Positions 13,176 to 26,945 of a stretch of 64,000 nucleotides of DNA are shown one piece after another. Location: positions 17,670,001 to 17,734,000 of the forward strand of contig NC_043012.1 of the NCBI RefSeq assembly GCF_006345805.1, written 5' to 3'. The position numbers and the translations under genes are program-made. Positions within the stretch are counted from its first letter, which is position 1, and each line of letters begins with the position of its first letter. This DNA is from Octopus sinensis (taxonomy: Eukaryota). Under the pieces are notes generated by a model. It was not told the DNA's origin. It saw nothing but the letters and a program-made list of their open reading frames with translations, and ran no database searches.

Positions 13176-14329
13176 GTGTGTGTATGTGTGTGTTTGTGTG
13201 TGTGCATGTGTTCGTGTGTGCGTGTGACTTTGCGCCTCTGTTTGTAAGTCCCATTACATCAGAACACCTGATTTATTAACGTTTCCGCAAATTTACGGTT
13301 CAGAAAACTGACCCATATAATGTATAGGAGAGTTACAAAATATGCACCGGGAGCGATTCCTGCGACTAGAACCTTTCGAGACGTTGTCCCAGGGTGGCCG
13401 CAGTCCGATAAAATAAACAAATAAAAGATAACAGTTATTACATTTCTGTCACTCACACATATCCTTGTTGATTCTGTGTGTCTTTTCTTTTTCTTTCACT
13501 GGCATTCATTTATACTGGTTTACAGTAAAATGTGCAAAGACTTCCGCTGTTCTATATGTTGATGTATCTACTAACAAACATCAACTGATGTTTTACATTC
13601 TCACATTATCCCTACTTTGATTGATTATTCCAGACCTTAAACTAGAGCTATTTTCAGGCAATTTCTTTTTCACATAGAACCACGGCTCTCCCAGCTGATG
13701 TCTTCCCAATACGCATAAATCTTTTCGACGTTGAAACTGAACATTAACCGCATCAATAACACGAGAGGGAGGCTGAAAATATTCCGTACGTCAACACGCC
13801 TAAACCAATTAATTTTTTTAAAAATAGGAAAACAAATAAATTTTTTGTTTTCTTTAAGAGAAAATCAATTCCTCGATAAGGCCGTTATGATAGACTTTCG
13901 TGATTGTATGAAAACTGCATAATTGGATAATTTCCCTTGTGCTAACTATTATATTTATAAGAGGAGTTTATTAATATAATTTCCCTTGTGATAAATATAT
14001 TATCGATATGAAGTGCTGCTTGTGTATATACATAGAGAGTTCACTTTCTCTATGATTAATATATGATACGTAAAATATTTGCATAATAATTGTGCAAAGT
14101 CTTTATAATAATTTGAAATTAGAAACATCTAATTAATGATATTTGCATAGCTTCGATAGACAGATAAGTCGATAAATAGATATATATCAAAAATATTTAG
14201 TTTTGTTATTCCAAATTCATCAACTTAAAAATTTTTAGCATTGTTTTGACATGTAGATACAAATTTCCCCATATTTTACCGCACACATACATGCAGGCTA
14301 ATATTCAAAGAAATACACGTCAACACACG

Positions 14330-14470
14330 TTTATATTATTTACATTTGACGGATATTTGTCCTCATCTTGTTTGTTGTTGACACAACGTTTCGGTTGCTA
14401 TACCTCCAGCCTTCATCCGGTGTCTTGGGGAAATTTCGAACCTAGGTTCTTATTCCTAAGGTATTTTTCC
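14330..14470 (-). mobile_element. Penelope-like pLTR fragment containing a minimal hammerhead motif
   Basis: Contains the motif at 14380-14424 and abuts an (ATT)n tract. Confidence 0.6.
14380..14424 (-). ncRNA. Minimal type I hammerhead ribozyme motif (core variant CGGAUGA)
   Basis: GACAC-CGGATGA-A-GGCTG..CAACC-GAAA-CG-TT-GTGTC: 5-bp stem I, palindromic ACGT stem III, U4G deviation. Confidence 0.7.
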
Positions 14471-14471
14471 A

Positions 14472-14482
14472 TGTTATTATTA

Positions 14483-14556
<74 letters not shown>

Positions 14557-14578
14557 GTTGTTGTTGTTGTTGTTGTTG

Positions 14579-14638
<60 letters not shown>
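14472..14638. repeat. (ATT)n/(GTT)n microsatellite
   Basis: Direct inspection. Confidence 0.98.
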
Positions 14639-14639
<1 letters not shown>

Positions 14640-14650
14640 ATCAAACTTAA

Positions 14651-14980
14651 ATGAAGAGTGCCATTGTCATCTAGGAACGATATTTCGACATCTTGTGTGT
14701 CTTCAACAGGTTCAAAAAATAGTATTGTCAATCTACTTTATTTTGGTTAATATCGTTCACTAGATTACAATGGCATTCTTCTTATAATTTTGACTCTATA
14801 TTTTCTGGAGAAGTTACCTCAACACTCTATATATTTTACCCAAATGAAGCAGATTGACAAAATCTTTCTTTGAACCTGTTGAAGAAACACAAGATGTGGA
14901 AATATCGTTCACTAGAAGACAATGGCACTCTTCTTTTAATTGTGACTCCATACCTTCTGGAGGAGTTACCTCAATTCTAT
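14651..14980. mobile_element. Inverted plus tandem repeat unit with Penelope pLTR-like architecture and hammerhead-like folds
   Basis: 14651-14746 is the reverse complement of ~14839-14933, and 14749-14830 is a direct copy of ~14901-14980. Same family at 51842-52098. Confidence 0.65.
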
Positions 14981-15066
14981 CTTCTTCTTCTTCTTCTTCT
15001 TCTTCTTCTTCTTCTTCTTCTTCTTCTTCTTCTTCTTCTTCTTCTTCTTCTTCTTCTTCTTCTTCT
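14980..15066. repeat. (CTT)n microsatellite
   Basis: Direct inspection. Confidence 0.98.
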
Positions 15067-15587
15067 ATTCGAAGACGATAAATCCAATCCGTCACTGGAA
15101 CTGTAAAAATCTGTAAAACATTCCAGAAGTTTAGCATTTGAGTATATATGAGCATACCTAAATATGCAACTAGACATGCATGAGACTACATACGTAAAAC
15201 ATACAAATCTGCACACATACATACATACATACATACATACATACATACATACATACATACATACATACATACATACATACAAATTCAAATGAAAATACCG
15301 GTTGTTTCTCTATTAGCAAGGAATTTTGAAATAAACTGAATAACTACAGTCATACATACATACATGCATACAAACATACATATATGCACACATACATGCA
15401 TGCATAAACGCATAATAAATAAATGCATACATACATACATGCTAGGATCTTCAGCTCCTATAAATATCAATGTAACTCATAATTTCTTTGTACACGACCT
15501 GAAGATTTATGCTTAAAATTATTAACAATGCAAAAAAAAAAAAAAATGAAAAAAATAACTGGAATTAATACTCACAATTCCAGCTCA

Positions 15588-16095
15588 TATAGGCATGGAT
15601 TTTAGCTAAAAGAAATATGAATATTTGGTTATAGAACGAGGAAAGTCAGTCGCCCAAACCCAAAACTTGTGCATCAACGTCCACTCTATCTCCCTCGTTC
15701 CACACAAAGAATGTTACAAGTACCTAGGCATAGACGAAAATATATTATATGAAGGCACTGTGAATAAAACTAGAGTGGCCCGAGAATATTACATCTGGCT
15801 TAGGAAAATGCATTTGTACTACCAGTGCTGATCCCGACATTTGGGACACTTGATTGGTCCGTACAGGAAATCCACTTCATAGATATCCAAAACCCGCAAA
15901 ATCCTGATAATAATTGGGAACTTCCACAGAAACAGTGATGTTGACAGGCTCCACCTAACCAGAAATGAAAATGCTAGAGACCTGGCATTAATGTAGACGG
16001 TCTTCGAATGTCGTCTGGTATCATTCAGGCAGCGCCTGCTAAACAACAGCAACAAAAATAAATATATCAATGCAGTCCTGAAAAGTGAAGTGAGC
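15588..16095 (+). mobile_element. R4/Dong-clade non-LTR retrotransposon RT remnant
   Basis: Across frameshifts: IGMDF..YLVIERGK, YKYLGIDEN, FVLPVLIPTFGTLDW, KTRKIL...NFHRNSDVDRLHL. Confidence 0.8.
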
Positions 16096-16679
16096 AGTGA
16101 GCTCCTCAAGATTACATACATAGACTTCTACATAAATACTTTCATACATACATATATTAATACATCCATCCATCCATCCATCCATCCATCTATCCATACA
16201 TCCATCCATCCATACATACATACATACATACATACATACATACATACATACATACATACATACATACATACATACATACATACATACATACATACGTACA
16301 TACATGCATACATACATAAACACATGCGTATATAAATACATAGGCATCTGCGTTAAATTAAGAAACGCAAATGAAGGAACATTCTATAAACTAGAATTGA
16401 GCGCTCCCTGTGTATTGGGTTTAGAAATTAGTCTAGTATTGGCGCATAGGAGCTATCGACAGAAAAATGGTCACAAGCACATAGAAATCGGTGTTAGGAC
16501 ATTTATTTATTATTTATATAAATACATACACATACACACACACACACGACGCGCACATACACACACATACACCAGAAGATCTGGAAGCATCATTTCTCAT
16601 TGGTAAAAATGGAAACGTACAAAAATATCGATGTGAGTCCGAATGCAGGAAGATCTAGCAAAGGAAGGCTAATGTAGCA

Positions 16680-16945
16680 CTGAAAACTCGAAAAGGAATA
16701 TGGATAAGCCGACATTTTTAAGGAAGCCAACGTTCTGTATTACACACAGGGATTTGACCTGTAATTCACAGAAGAGGTGGAAGGGAGAATGCCCTAAAAA
16801 CAACCGGCGGTGGAATACTGATGTAGATCTGAAAAAAAGCAAGGATTCAGCTGGAGAGAAGCAGAAAAAACAGCCCCAAATCGAAACGAATGGAATAGGG
16901 TCTTCGATGTCCTATGCTCCTTATTAGGGCAAGGGCTTAAGAGAA
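16680..16945 (+). mobile_element. RTE-clade LINE 3' end remnant
   Basis: LRKPTFCITHRDLTCNSQ..KGECPKN and FSWREAEKTAPNRNEWNRVFDVLCS match the RTE C-terminal pattern (LRKP..ITRQAL.WNPQG.R.RGRPK; SW.E....AQ.R..W......LC). Confidence 0.75.
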
Positions 16946-19900
16946 ATACACGCGTGTGTATTTGTGGATGCTTCTGTGAGTGTATGTATGCTTATATCAA
17001 ATTGGCGTCATCCCAATATGCAATATAGACTTCGTGTTCAACTCTAACTTCAGAATAGTTTGGTAGATTAGTTTGCCTTCTCTTTTGTATGCTACTCTAT
17101 AAACCACATTAACGTTTAGCGTTACAAACATCTTGGCTATATTAAAATGTGTACTTGACTAAATAAGTCAAAATTACAGACATAGTTTACTTGTAATTCC
17201 CCGAAACTTAAACTTCTTTATAGCAAAGCTAGCGTGTCCTTCCTCGCCTACTCTTAGAAGAAATTCTTGGCAACGTTATTGTGAAGTATCTTTGAGACGC
17301 CGTCCATTGAAAGAAGACAATTATTCATAGTTTTATGCTCCAAGTTGACAATCCGGATTTATTCCTCACCGACCGACATTACGCCATTAAATACAACGTA
17401 GAATCTATTGTTATGTTTACATCTACTTTCCATCTCTCTTAAAGCAGTCGAAACCTTCTGAACCGTCACAAATAAATAATAAATAACTGCATGTGAGATT
17501 AACGAGATAGAAGAAAGACAGAGCCGAGAAGAAATACTATCCTTCTTTTTTTTTGTTCTTATTATGTATAAGAAATAAAAACAATGTATATAAAACTGGT
17601 GTAGTTTTGAGATGTTAGTAGAAGATTACGAAATATTATAAATTTACGATGGTCAGACACGATATATAGGAAAGGCTGTATTGTTGGTGATGTGAGAAAA
17701 AGATAGGTGTATGCATATTCAGGAAATATCTTTATAACAGGAAATAAACTAAAATTTAGCTGCAGTGTTCATAAAATATTTGACTCCTTTATTGAGAGAT
17801 ACGCCAACACATACACATATACGAGCATCTATTTCTGCATATGTGTGTGCTTTAAACAGTGACAGCCATTATAGCATCCCTTTCTCTGTATTTAGCAATC
17901 TGTTTTTGCACAGAACGCACATACATACACTCACATTCTTACTCGCACATAAATATAGTGCGTATGTGTATTTGAAACAGTACCAGACGATAAAGCAATT
18001 ATATATGTATCTCACCATCTATTTATCTGTATATCTATATATTAATCGATATAATACAACTACTGCCATACACACAACCGCACATACGCAGATACATATA
18101 GTTGGCTTTATGATTGTTCAAAGAACAAAGCAAGCCACAAACTCTGTTAAGGACTCAACGCTGGGAGTTATATAATTTCTTCACATGTACACACGTTACA
18201 CTCACCGCCGTGGGAGATTCTGAGGAATTGAACAAGTTTGGTCAATTGTTTCCGTATAAAGTTTACAGTATCCCCAAACAAAAGGGAAGCTGTCAGATGG
18301 TGATAGTAGGAATAAGTGAAGTATGTAACAATAGACATTAGAAAGAAAGATTACGCGACAAAAGAATGAAAAAGGAGGGAAACAAATTATATTTTGCTAA
18401 TTCATTGTCATGTATTCTTCAGTAGACAGATTATTTGAAAGTTCGGTTCCTAGTATCACCAGCCTTTAAGGAAATCATTTGAAATATGCATTTTCTGTGC
18501 GTTTAGATATAAATTTGAACAACTTAAAAATTTTATTTAGATATTGTGATATCAAAATAATATCAGCGTTATATATATCAATATATTATTTATATAATAT
18601 AAGCATGATAAAAATAATATAGTATTTCGGATTTCTTGTCTAAATGTGGAGCCTAAGATTATAGTTACGGCCTAAGAATATAATGCTTCTCGAAGGATGA
18701 GAGCCGAACACTTAGAATATTCATGAAACAATTGACTGGTAAGCTCAGGGGCAAAGAAATAAGATAAATCACATGGATACAACATTTGTATAGATTATAA
18801 TTATGCATTATATTATACAATGGAAAATATATATTTTAGATCAAGTTAAACACACACACAGACATATATGTAAGCGTGTGCGTGTGTCTGTATGTGTATG
18901 TGTATGCATACAAAGAGAGGTTAATAGGGGATGCCAACGATTTCGTTATATAATTAGGATTTTTTAAGGCATTATGGATTATGTAGAGAATGTCTGTCAC
19001 TATAGCGTATCAGAGAACAGTAACTATTGTATTACTATTGATACGGTAAATTCTTTATAACCAGAATATGTGAATGATCATGCCCTATGCACTATATTAT
19101 AGAATGTGCAGGCCATTGTCTATGGCTTTATAACGCCTGGTCAACGTCAGAGAGCAGACATTAGGGAAGTGTTTTTTTAAATATTTTCGTGAATCTACTA
19201 GCTAGTTTTGGCTTATGCGTGTTGGGGATATTGGCGGGAGGAAATGTGTAGGCAAATTGGGTAGACGTTAAATAGGAGAGCTTTATAGTGTTGTAAGAAA
19301 ATGTTTTATTTCATTTAGCCTTGGTGAAATTGTTTTCTTTCAAAACAATTTCAGCTGTTGATGTTGCCACTACATTAAGTCCCTATTTGTGATTTTGTTC
19401 AGATTTCTCTTGACATCGTCTACATGTGTGGTGTTTCCCTTGGTATACAGCTTTTCTCAATGCAATTTTCTAATATATTGCATAATCTTAGAATGTGCTA
19501 ACACTCTAATATCTTGTACATTGAAACGGTTACTGAAAATGAATAAATATATAGAAACACATTCTGGTTTTCCTTTATAGAAAATCAATTCCTCCACTAT
19601 GCTGTTATATTGGGTTTTCATGTTTTTATCCCCTCTAGGTGATGTTATAAGCGGCAGATGTAATGTAGTCTTTTATCAGGTTTAAGTTGATGACAGTACA
19701 TATTGTTGCTTAAATTACTCCAACAAAATATGATTCTCAATGCTGCGTTTATTGTTTGTTTCTATGCTGAGTCGGTTAAAGAACAAAATGCAATATTTTG
19801 TAAATAGTTTGATATGTCTTAGAAGTTAGATTGAAGCTATTTTATAATTAACAGTCCGTCGTCCCGATAAATCTCTCCTTCAATCTCTGGAAATTCATTC

Positions 19901-21187
19901 TGTCATTGGGAATTGAATATAATTCACTACAATATCTTTTAAATTAGCTTTGTAGCACACATACTTACGACAAGGAATGTACGGGAAAACTTCTTAAAAG
20001 GCGTTTTCGTATCCTAGTATTATCTTTACAGCAAACATTATTATTTCTAAAAACCACTACATTAAGGTAAATCTAGCAAACAAGACACAACAAAGAAGCA
20101 CCTAAATTTAATTTAATATTATAACCTTGCCTTTATTTTTATATCTGTTATCATATGAACTTCTCTTCGTTCATTCTCTTGGAGACGATAAACTATGTAG
20201 AAGAAAAATTGGTTTAATTTTTGAATGCTTTACAATCTTTCACTCTCTTGGAGATTCTGAAATATTAGACAAATAAGTTGCTAATTATAATCATCTACTT
20301 TGCATAACATTGCAAACGCTGAAAACGTGGAGAATTAATTGAGAAACCAATTTCTTCGTGGTCCCGTGGTGAATATCTTGTATCACATTTCATATTTCCA
20401 TCGCTGTGTACAGTGCATCATTAATTGATTATCCACGTTACCTGATCATTCATTATTATGCAAATTAGATGCTCTAATTTAGGTGTGTTTGCGTTTGTAA
20501 ACAATAACTAGCTATATGCCACTAATCTCTCCGTGCAGAGAAAATGAAATTTATTTCACCTATAAAGTTCGTAGAAGACAATAGACTATTCAGATTATTG
20601 TCAGGTTCCTGGCATTTCAAAAGATGCTCTGTAATCAGTTAGACTTTTCCTGATAAAGCTAATATGTTATGCTTATTAAAAACAGTATACTTTACATTTT
20701 ACATTTCATATTATCCAAAGCATAGTGTATGTAGCGCATTATTAACTAATTGCAATCTCTGCATTTATGTAATTTTTGACGACTTTGCTGTCTCTTCGAT
20801 AAGGAAATGCGTGTGCTAATCAATGTGGCAAATATATGAGAAAGATTAGTAGATTGTGTTTGGTAATTCAGTCACTAAATATGACCAATAAGCCTTTACA
20901 CAGACTCCAAAAATCTCAAATTATGTAAAGAGCTAACTAGTAGGTTAGGTATTATTTGGTCTGGGCCGTTTTGTATAGTTCAAAATTATATCCAGAGCTA
21001 TGTTCATATAGGGAGCAACATTGTGAAGTATTTTATCTGAGGATAAGTTAGATATGTGGTATGTAATGTGTTGTAAAATTGCATTTGGATGTGTTTGATT
21101 TCATATATATTTATGTATGTATATATGTATATATGTATGTATCATCTATTTATCTATCTATGTGCATATATCCACACACACACACAC

Positions 21188-21237
<50 letters not shown>

Positions 21238-21603
21238 TTAAGGGCATAAACATATCCAATGAATTACTGGTTCATTGCCTGTATTGTTTGTGAATAGTAA
21301 TATTAATAAAATGATAGGTTTAAGTATAAATCTTGGTTTATAAATATTCAAATTAAAATTCTCATGTCTATTGAGACGATTTGGAAACAAACCATCTAAC
21401 AACCTAACGGTATGTCTTTCTATTTCTCCGATGACATTTTGCTAAATGCGATGATTTAATTACTGAATTTAATCCTTTGGGCAAAATCGAAACAGCTGTA
21501 AGAGAATATGTTGAATTTTTGCAGTTAAAATAGTTTATTAATGCTACATCTCCATTTTCTGAATTTTAATTTGAATATTTCTACTTAATATTTATGCTTA
21601 AAC

Positions 21604-21717
<114 letters not shown>

Positions 21718-21725
21718 ATCTATCC

Positions 21726-21789
<64 letters not shown>

Positions 21790-21889
21790 GTCTATTTGTC
21801 TGACTGTCTCTGCCTCTCTCTCCGTCACTCTCTCTCTCTCTCTCTCTCTGCGTGTATATGTATACTCCGGCAGCTCTAAATACATTTCC

Positions 21890-22693
21890 CTAAAATCAAG
21901 GGAAGCATCTAGAGAGATGACACCTTGCTAGTCATTAAAAGCGTAAATAAATCCTCTTTAGAACTAGGTAGGAAAGATCTGCACAAATTTTTCTCTAGCC
22001 TCATCTCATCTATTACTTTTGAAAATTCCCACCGAATCATTGATTTTTTAGACGTAGCTTTAAGCTTAGAAACCTCCCAATACTCCCCATATCCCAAACC
22101 TAACCAATACCTTAAGTACTTAAAAATGAATTCTAATCACCACAAATCCACCTTTGATAACATAATGAAGGGTATCTTAATTCGTATATCTGACATTACG
22201 TATATCTGCGTAAATAGTCAATAACCACGCCCCATATTACAACAAAGCGATTGCTGCCAGCGGCTTCTCCCAACAAATAGAATACATCCCTAATACTAGG
22301 CTCAAACAACGTATATCTGAGATCATATCATAACGACATGCCAACCACCAGAATCACAACAGACCACACATACACAATACTAGAACCCCGGGAAAACCCA
22401 GATTTAGAATAACTTAGACCCCACACGCACACGTATAACATTAGGTCAAAAGCTAAAACAGGTAACAATAACGGACCATGTTACCCGACTGTAATTTCTA
22501 CAAATATAGATAACACTAACCCTAAGCAACCCCCACAAAAAACGGCTGTGGACGCTCTATTTTATGGTATACACATCCCTTCTCACTAAACGTTAAGAAA
22601 TTAGTAAATTCTTTTTACATATATTGGACTCCAACTTCCCTTGTAAACATAAACATTACTCTATATTTAATAGATCTACATTAAAGCTATCCT
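21890..22693 (+). mobile_element. Penelope-like element RT/thumb-linker remnant
   Basis: RKDLHKFF..ITFENSHRIIDFLDVAL..YSPYPKPN..NSNHH; APYYNKAIAASGF; RSILWYTHPFSLNVK; KFFLHILDSNFP.KHK..IFNRSTLKLS. Confidence 0.85.
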
Positions 22694-22754
22694 TTGTGCG
22701 CGGGTGTGGATGTGTGCGTGTGTGCGGGTATCTGCGTATACAGATGTGTGCGTG

Positions 22755-22980
22755 TGTGCGTGCATGCGTGTATGTGCGTATATAAACGTGTTTTACTCAA
22801 CTCATTGTTTTTTTACACATTTTCCTGTATTTTTGCCTTTAGCCCTGTTTTTATCTTCGAAGACATTAATCGGACCAAGGCTATAGAAGAAAACACTTGC
22901 CGTAGGTGCCGTTGAATGGGATTGAACTTGAATCCTCGCCTTTGCAGAGGCGAGTTTCTTAACCGCATTGTCGTGTCAGC
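22755..22980 (-). mobile_element. CORE-like tRNA SINE, diverged
   Basis: ATAGAAGAAAACACTTGCCGTAGGTGCC...GGGATTGAAC is the reverse complement of the family head and core. Confidence 0.6.
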
Positions 22981-23544
22981 TCCTATAGTTATATTAAGAT
23001 CGGATGACATTGACGGAAATGAATTTAAGTATATTCTTGATTAAGAATAAACGTTCTCTCCGAGGTGCTATAGAAACCCCGTTATTGGTTCTGTGCGCAC
23101 AGTTCTGCCTGTAGCACAAACATTTTCAGCTGCCTTGTAAACAATCCGTATCTGTGAGTCAGTTATCTTTATTCTCCTCTCACTCACACTACAATGATAA
23201 TATTTTGTTATTCTATGACTAGGAAAGTTTAAATTCTTCGCATCGCATCCTTTTGTTGGCGACATATTTATTTCATGTGGAATCCAAGACACTAAATTTT
23301 CTTTCCTAAGGCTTTATATCTAATGAATTGTTATGCATTCAATGATGCTATTGTTTTCGATTGCAATTATCGAGTTTTAAAGAAAGTAGAGACAGAGACA
23401 AATATACACCTAACGTATCTGATGTAAATATGCGCTCTCTTTATCAATATAGTTTATTGAAGAATCTCATTGAGCGAACAAAGAAAACCAAAGCAACGAC
23501 TTAGTCTTTGTGTATTTCAATGAATATTACGAAGCGTCTTAAGA

Positions 23545-24130
23545 GTGTGCGAGTCAATAGAGCGTCCAATAATGTGGCGTAGACTATTTAATTACTTGCT
23601 TATACGTTTCAGTTTCAAATCCCACCGCTGCTAAGTCTTACCTTCAATATCCAGGGCCCGTCAAATAGCATAACTTCCCCGAAATTGCTAGCTTTGTGTC
23701 AAAATTTAAAATCAGTATTACAAACTTATTTAAGGTAGAGAGATTGCAAAACTATTGGGGCATCGAAATATTGTTTTTTGCGATTTCTTCCCTAATGTTC
23801 AGAGTCCAAAGTCCGCTGTGGCCACTTCGCCTTCGGTCCTTTCGAGTTTGATCAAAATAAAGTAAAGTCGATACCGGTAAAATACTTGGTATCGACTAAT
23901 CCCTTCCTGTAAAATTGACAAGTTTTGAGCCAGAGTTTGAAATCAATATTCCTGGATGAGTGCAACGTAGTTAGCTGTAAGAATCAGCGCGGCGAACAAA
24001 GTGCTTCGCAGCATTTCCTCCATTTTTACTTTCTTTTTGTTCATCTTTACGTTCAAATTATTACTAGCTGATTGAAAGATGATAGAGGAGCGTATTCAGT
24101 ACTTGGTTGTCACTGTGTATTGTTAGTTCA
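23545..24130 (+). mobile_element. Cluster of about three old Deu/Nin-like SINE remnants
   Basis: Repeated degenerate B-box (TTCAAATCCC / GTCCAAAGTCC / GTTCAAATT) and GCCTTCGGTCCTTTCGAGTTTGATCAAAATAA core. Confidence 0.5.
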
Positions 24131-24473
24131 AATCCCACTGATGTCGTCATTATGCCATTCTTAAATTATGGGTAGTTTAGTACATGGGTTGAAAGACAAA
24201 ACCAGTGGTCACGTGCTAATACTACAAAGACATAATACTATTTTACTGTCATTAGGTTTTGAATTCCGATCATAACGTAGTCAACATTGACGTTCGTCTC
24301 TCAAGTCTTGATAAATCAACTCAGCTCCCTTTGAAGCGTCGATGTAATATATTGCTGTCTCTCTGCAAATCTTTGGATTATGCCTACACCCGAAATGCTT
24401 ATTATGATAGGTCTATATTAATTCTTACATCTGTGGTTTGAATTGCATGTATGCCACTGGTAATATTATTGCC

Positions 24474-24570
<97 letters not shown>

Positions 24571-24604
24571 TTTATCCCTTTATATACATACATAATTATA
24601 TATA

Positions 24605-24656
<52 letters not shown>

Positions 24657-24658
<2 letters not shown>

Positions 24659-24890
24659 AGGCGCAATGGCCTAGTGGTTAGGGCAGCGGACTCGCGGTTG
24701 TAGGATCGCGGTTACGATTCCCAGACCGGGTGTTGTGAGTGTTTATTGAGCGAAAACACCTAAAGCTCCACGAGCTCCGGCAGGGGGTGGTGGCGATCCC
24801 TGCTGTACTCTTTCGCCACTTTCTGTAGCTCTTTCTTCTGTTGGCGTCATTTGAAGGCTAGAATAATGCGAAGCGCATTGTGACCATTGT
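24657..24890 (+). mobile_element. tRNA-derived SINE, third family
   Basis: GGAGGCGCAATGGCCTAGTGGTTAGGGCAGCGGACTCGC...GGTTACGATTCCC head. The body GGTGGCGATCCCTGCTGTACTC...AATGCGAAGCGCATTGTGACC is shared with 33563-33829. Confidence 0.8.
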
Positions 24891-26544
24891 GAAATCATTC
24901 ATCGGTGAAGAGACAGAAATATTGCAGCGATGTACTACACACCGCAGCACTTCAATATCACACACCACAGGAAACGACTATTATTAATTATTACTGCAAT
25001 ACAAAGTATAACATATTTACCTGCAATACACGTGATGATTCGGCTGAATCAATTATATTCTTGAATGGGAAGTTTATACAAGAATTGGAATTTTTTTACT
25101 GCAATGGACGGGCGCAACATTTTGGTTTCATTTCGTAGGATTTTGTTTTCCATTATTCTGAACGAAGTCATCGCTGCTGTTCAGTAATCGGAAGCCAATA
25201 AAATGAGCAAAAATAACTGATTCTAGGTCGAAAATCCGCGTTCTTTTGTGAGTTTTAGTAATCCTTATCGCACCACATAATCGTCATCTCGATCGTTGGC
25301 GTCGTGTCATCGGCGTTGTAGATGTCACCGCCATTTTATTTTTAGCAACTTCAAATAAGTGTTTGATATAACACACATACACACACACACATACACACAC
25401 ATACACACACACGCACATATAGATGCATATTTGTTAGTGAACGTTTCATTTGCTTCTGTCTCTACATACATTTTTTTATGGTAAGATGCCTCCTTTGAAC
25501 GTGTGATATGCGTAGTCATGCTATTTTGAAAATTTGAAAAGAATACGGGAAATTCTTTGTAAAATATCATCAATTTCACAGGAATAAGCAATAGTTATGT
25601 TTAACTTTTGAACCGAAAGCGTATGTAATTTCATGGAGCTCGTCGTTTATTTGATGATATAAAGAGAACTCCCGCTTGATAGAAAAAAAAAAAGAAACAA
25701 CAGAAAGGCGAGTAAATAAAAATATGCGAAAAGGAATAAGAGTTTGCAGAGAATAATATAAATCTGTATAAAAGTGAGATAAAAGTTTAAAGTAACACGT
25801 TCGAACATTGACAAACAAATACTAGATTCTGATCTTTGCAAATAAATACTCAAAAAGAAGCAATAAACAAGTAAACACAATCTAAACAAGCCAAAAAAAA
25901 AATTATAAAATAAAATAGAAACAAAAACAACTTAGCAAAGTCATCATCATCATCATCGTCATCATCGTCATCAATAACAACAAAAACAACAAAAAATTTA
26001 AATACTGAAAACAAAGAGAGAGAGAGAGAGAGAAATAATGGTAAACAGTTGAAATAAATAAATAAATAAAAAATGTGAAAAAATATATATATAAATAAAA
26101 AAAAGCTTGAGTTTAACTCGATTTGGATAAAGAAATGCAAACACACAAATGAAAAATATAAGAAAAAAAAAATATTTCCCGTCCAAGACATGATATTGTC
26201 TTATCACTGGAAACGTCAAAGCTGAATAAAGAAGTTAGAATGGGCGACAGGTTGACGCATCTTGCAGTTGTTAACTGAGAAATCCATTTCAATAACTATT
26301 TTATCGCATTTTATATGTATTTTATCGTATTGTATATGTAATCACATTAGTTAACGTCGTTTTTCTTTCCTTCACTAACTTGTACAATTTCTGATCTAAA
26401 TTTCGTGTGTTCGTATCTCCAGTGCATATATAATTATGAATGCTTGATTTTGATAATAGTAATATCTTTTTGTTGTTGTTGTAAGTGTTTATCTCCCCCT
26501 GTTCCTTTCATACCTGACTTCCTTACATTTACTATCGCTCTGTT

Positions 26545-26575
<31 letters not shown>

Positions 26576-26759
26576 TTCTCTCTCTCTAACTCTCTCGGTC
26601 TCGGTAGCTATCCAATACTTTCTCATCAATTTATGACAGATAACCTAGCTTAACCGATGAACACGTCTGATATTTGCATGCGTAGATTATTTCAGTAAAC
26701 AAACATATTCGTAGATAGCGTCCTGATGCGAAAAGTAAACAATTTCTCTCATTTATAGG

Positions 26760-26945
26760 CGCAGACATGGGCATGTCGTTACGAAACTCACTTTTCAGCC
26801 ATGTGGGCTTCAAGTTCAGTCCTATTGCGTGGTACCTCAGGCAATTGTCTTCTACTACAGGCCAACGAAGTCTTGTGGATGGAATTGGCTGACTGAAAGA
26901 AGCCTGTCACTGAAAGGAACTGAAACTGGAAGAAGCCTGTCACAC
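26760..26945 (+). mobile_element. CORE-like tRNA SINE, diverged
   Basis: GTTCAGTCCTATTGCGTGGTACCTCAGGCAATTGTCTTCTACTA...GAAAGAAGCCTGTC. Confidence 0.65.

Noticed and set aside
20150-20280. Twice-repeated HSLGD peptide, with GDSE also at ~18210
   Set aside because: Short similarity in frames with stops; cannot be distinguished from chance or an old repeat.
24657-24735. Functional tRNA gene
   Set aside because: Poor acceptor and anticodon stems, and it continues into a body shared with 33563-33829, so it is a SINE head.
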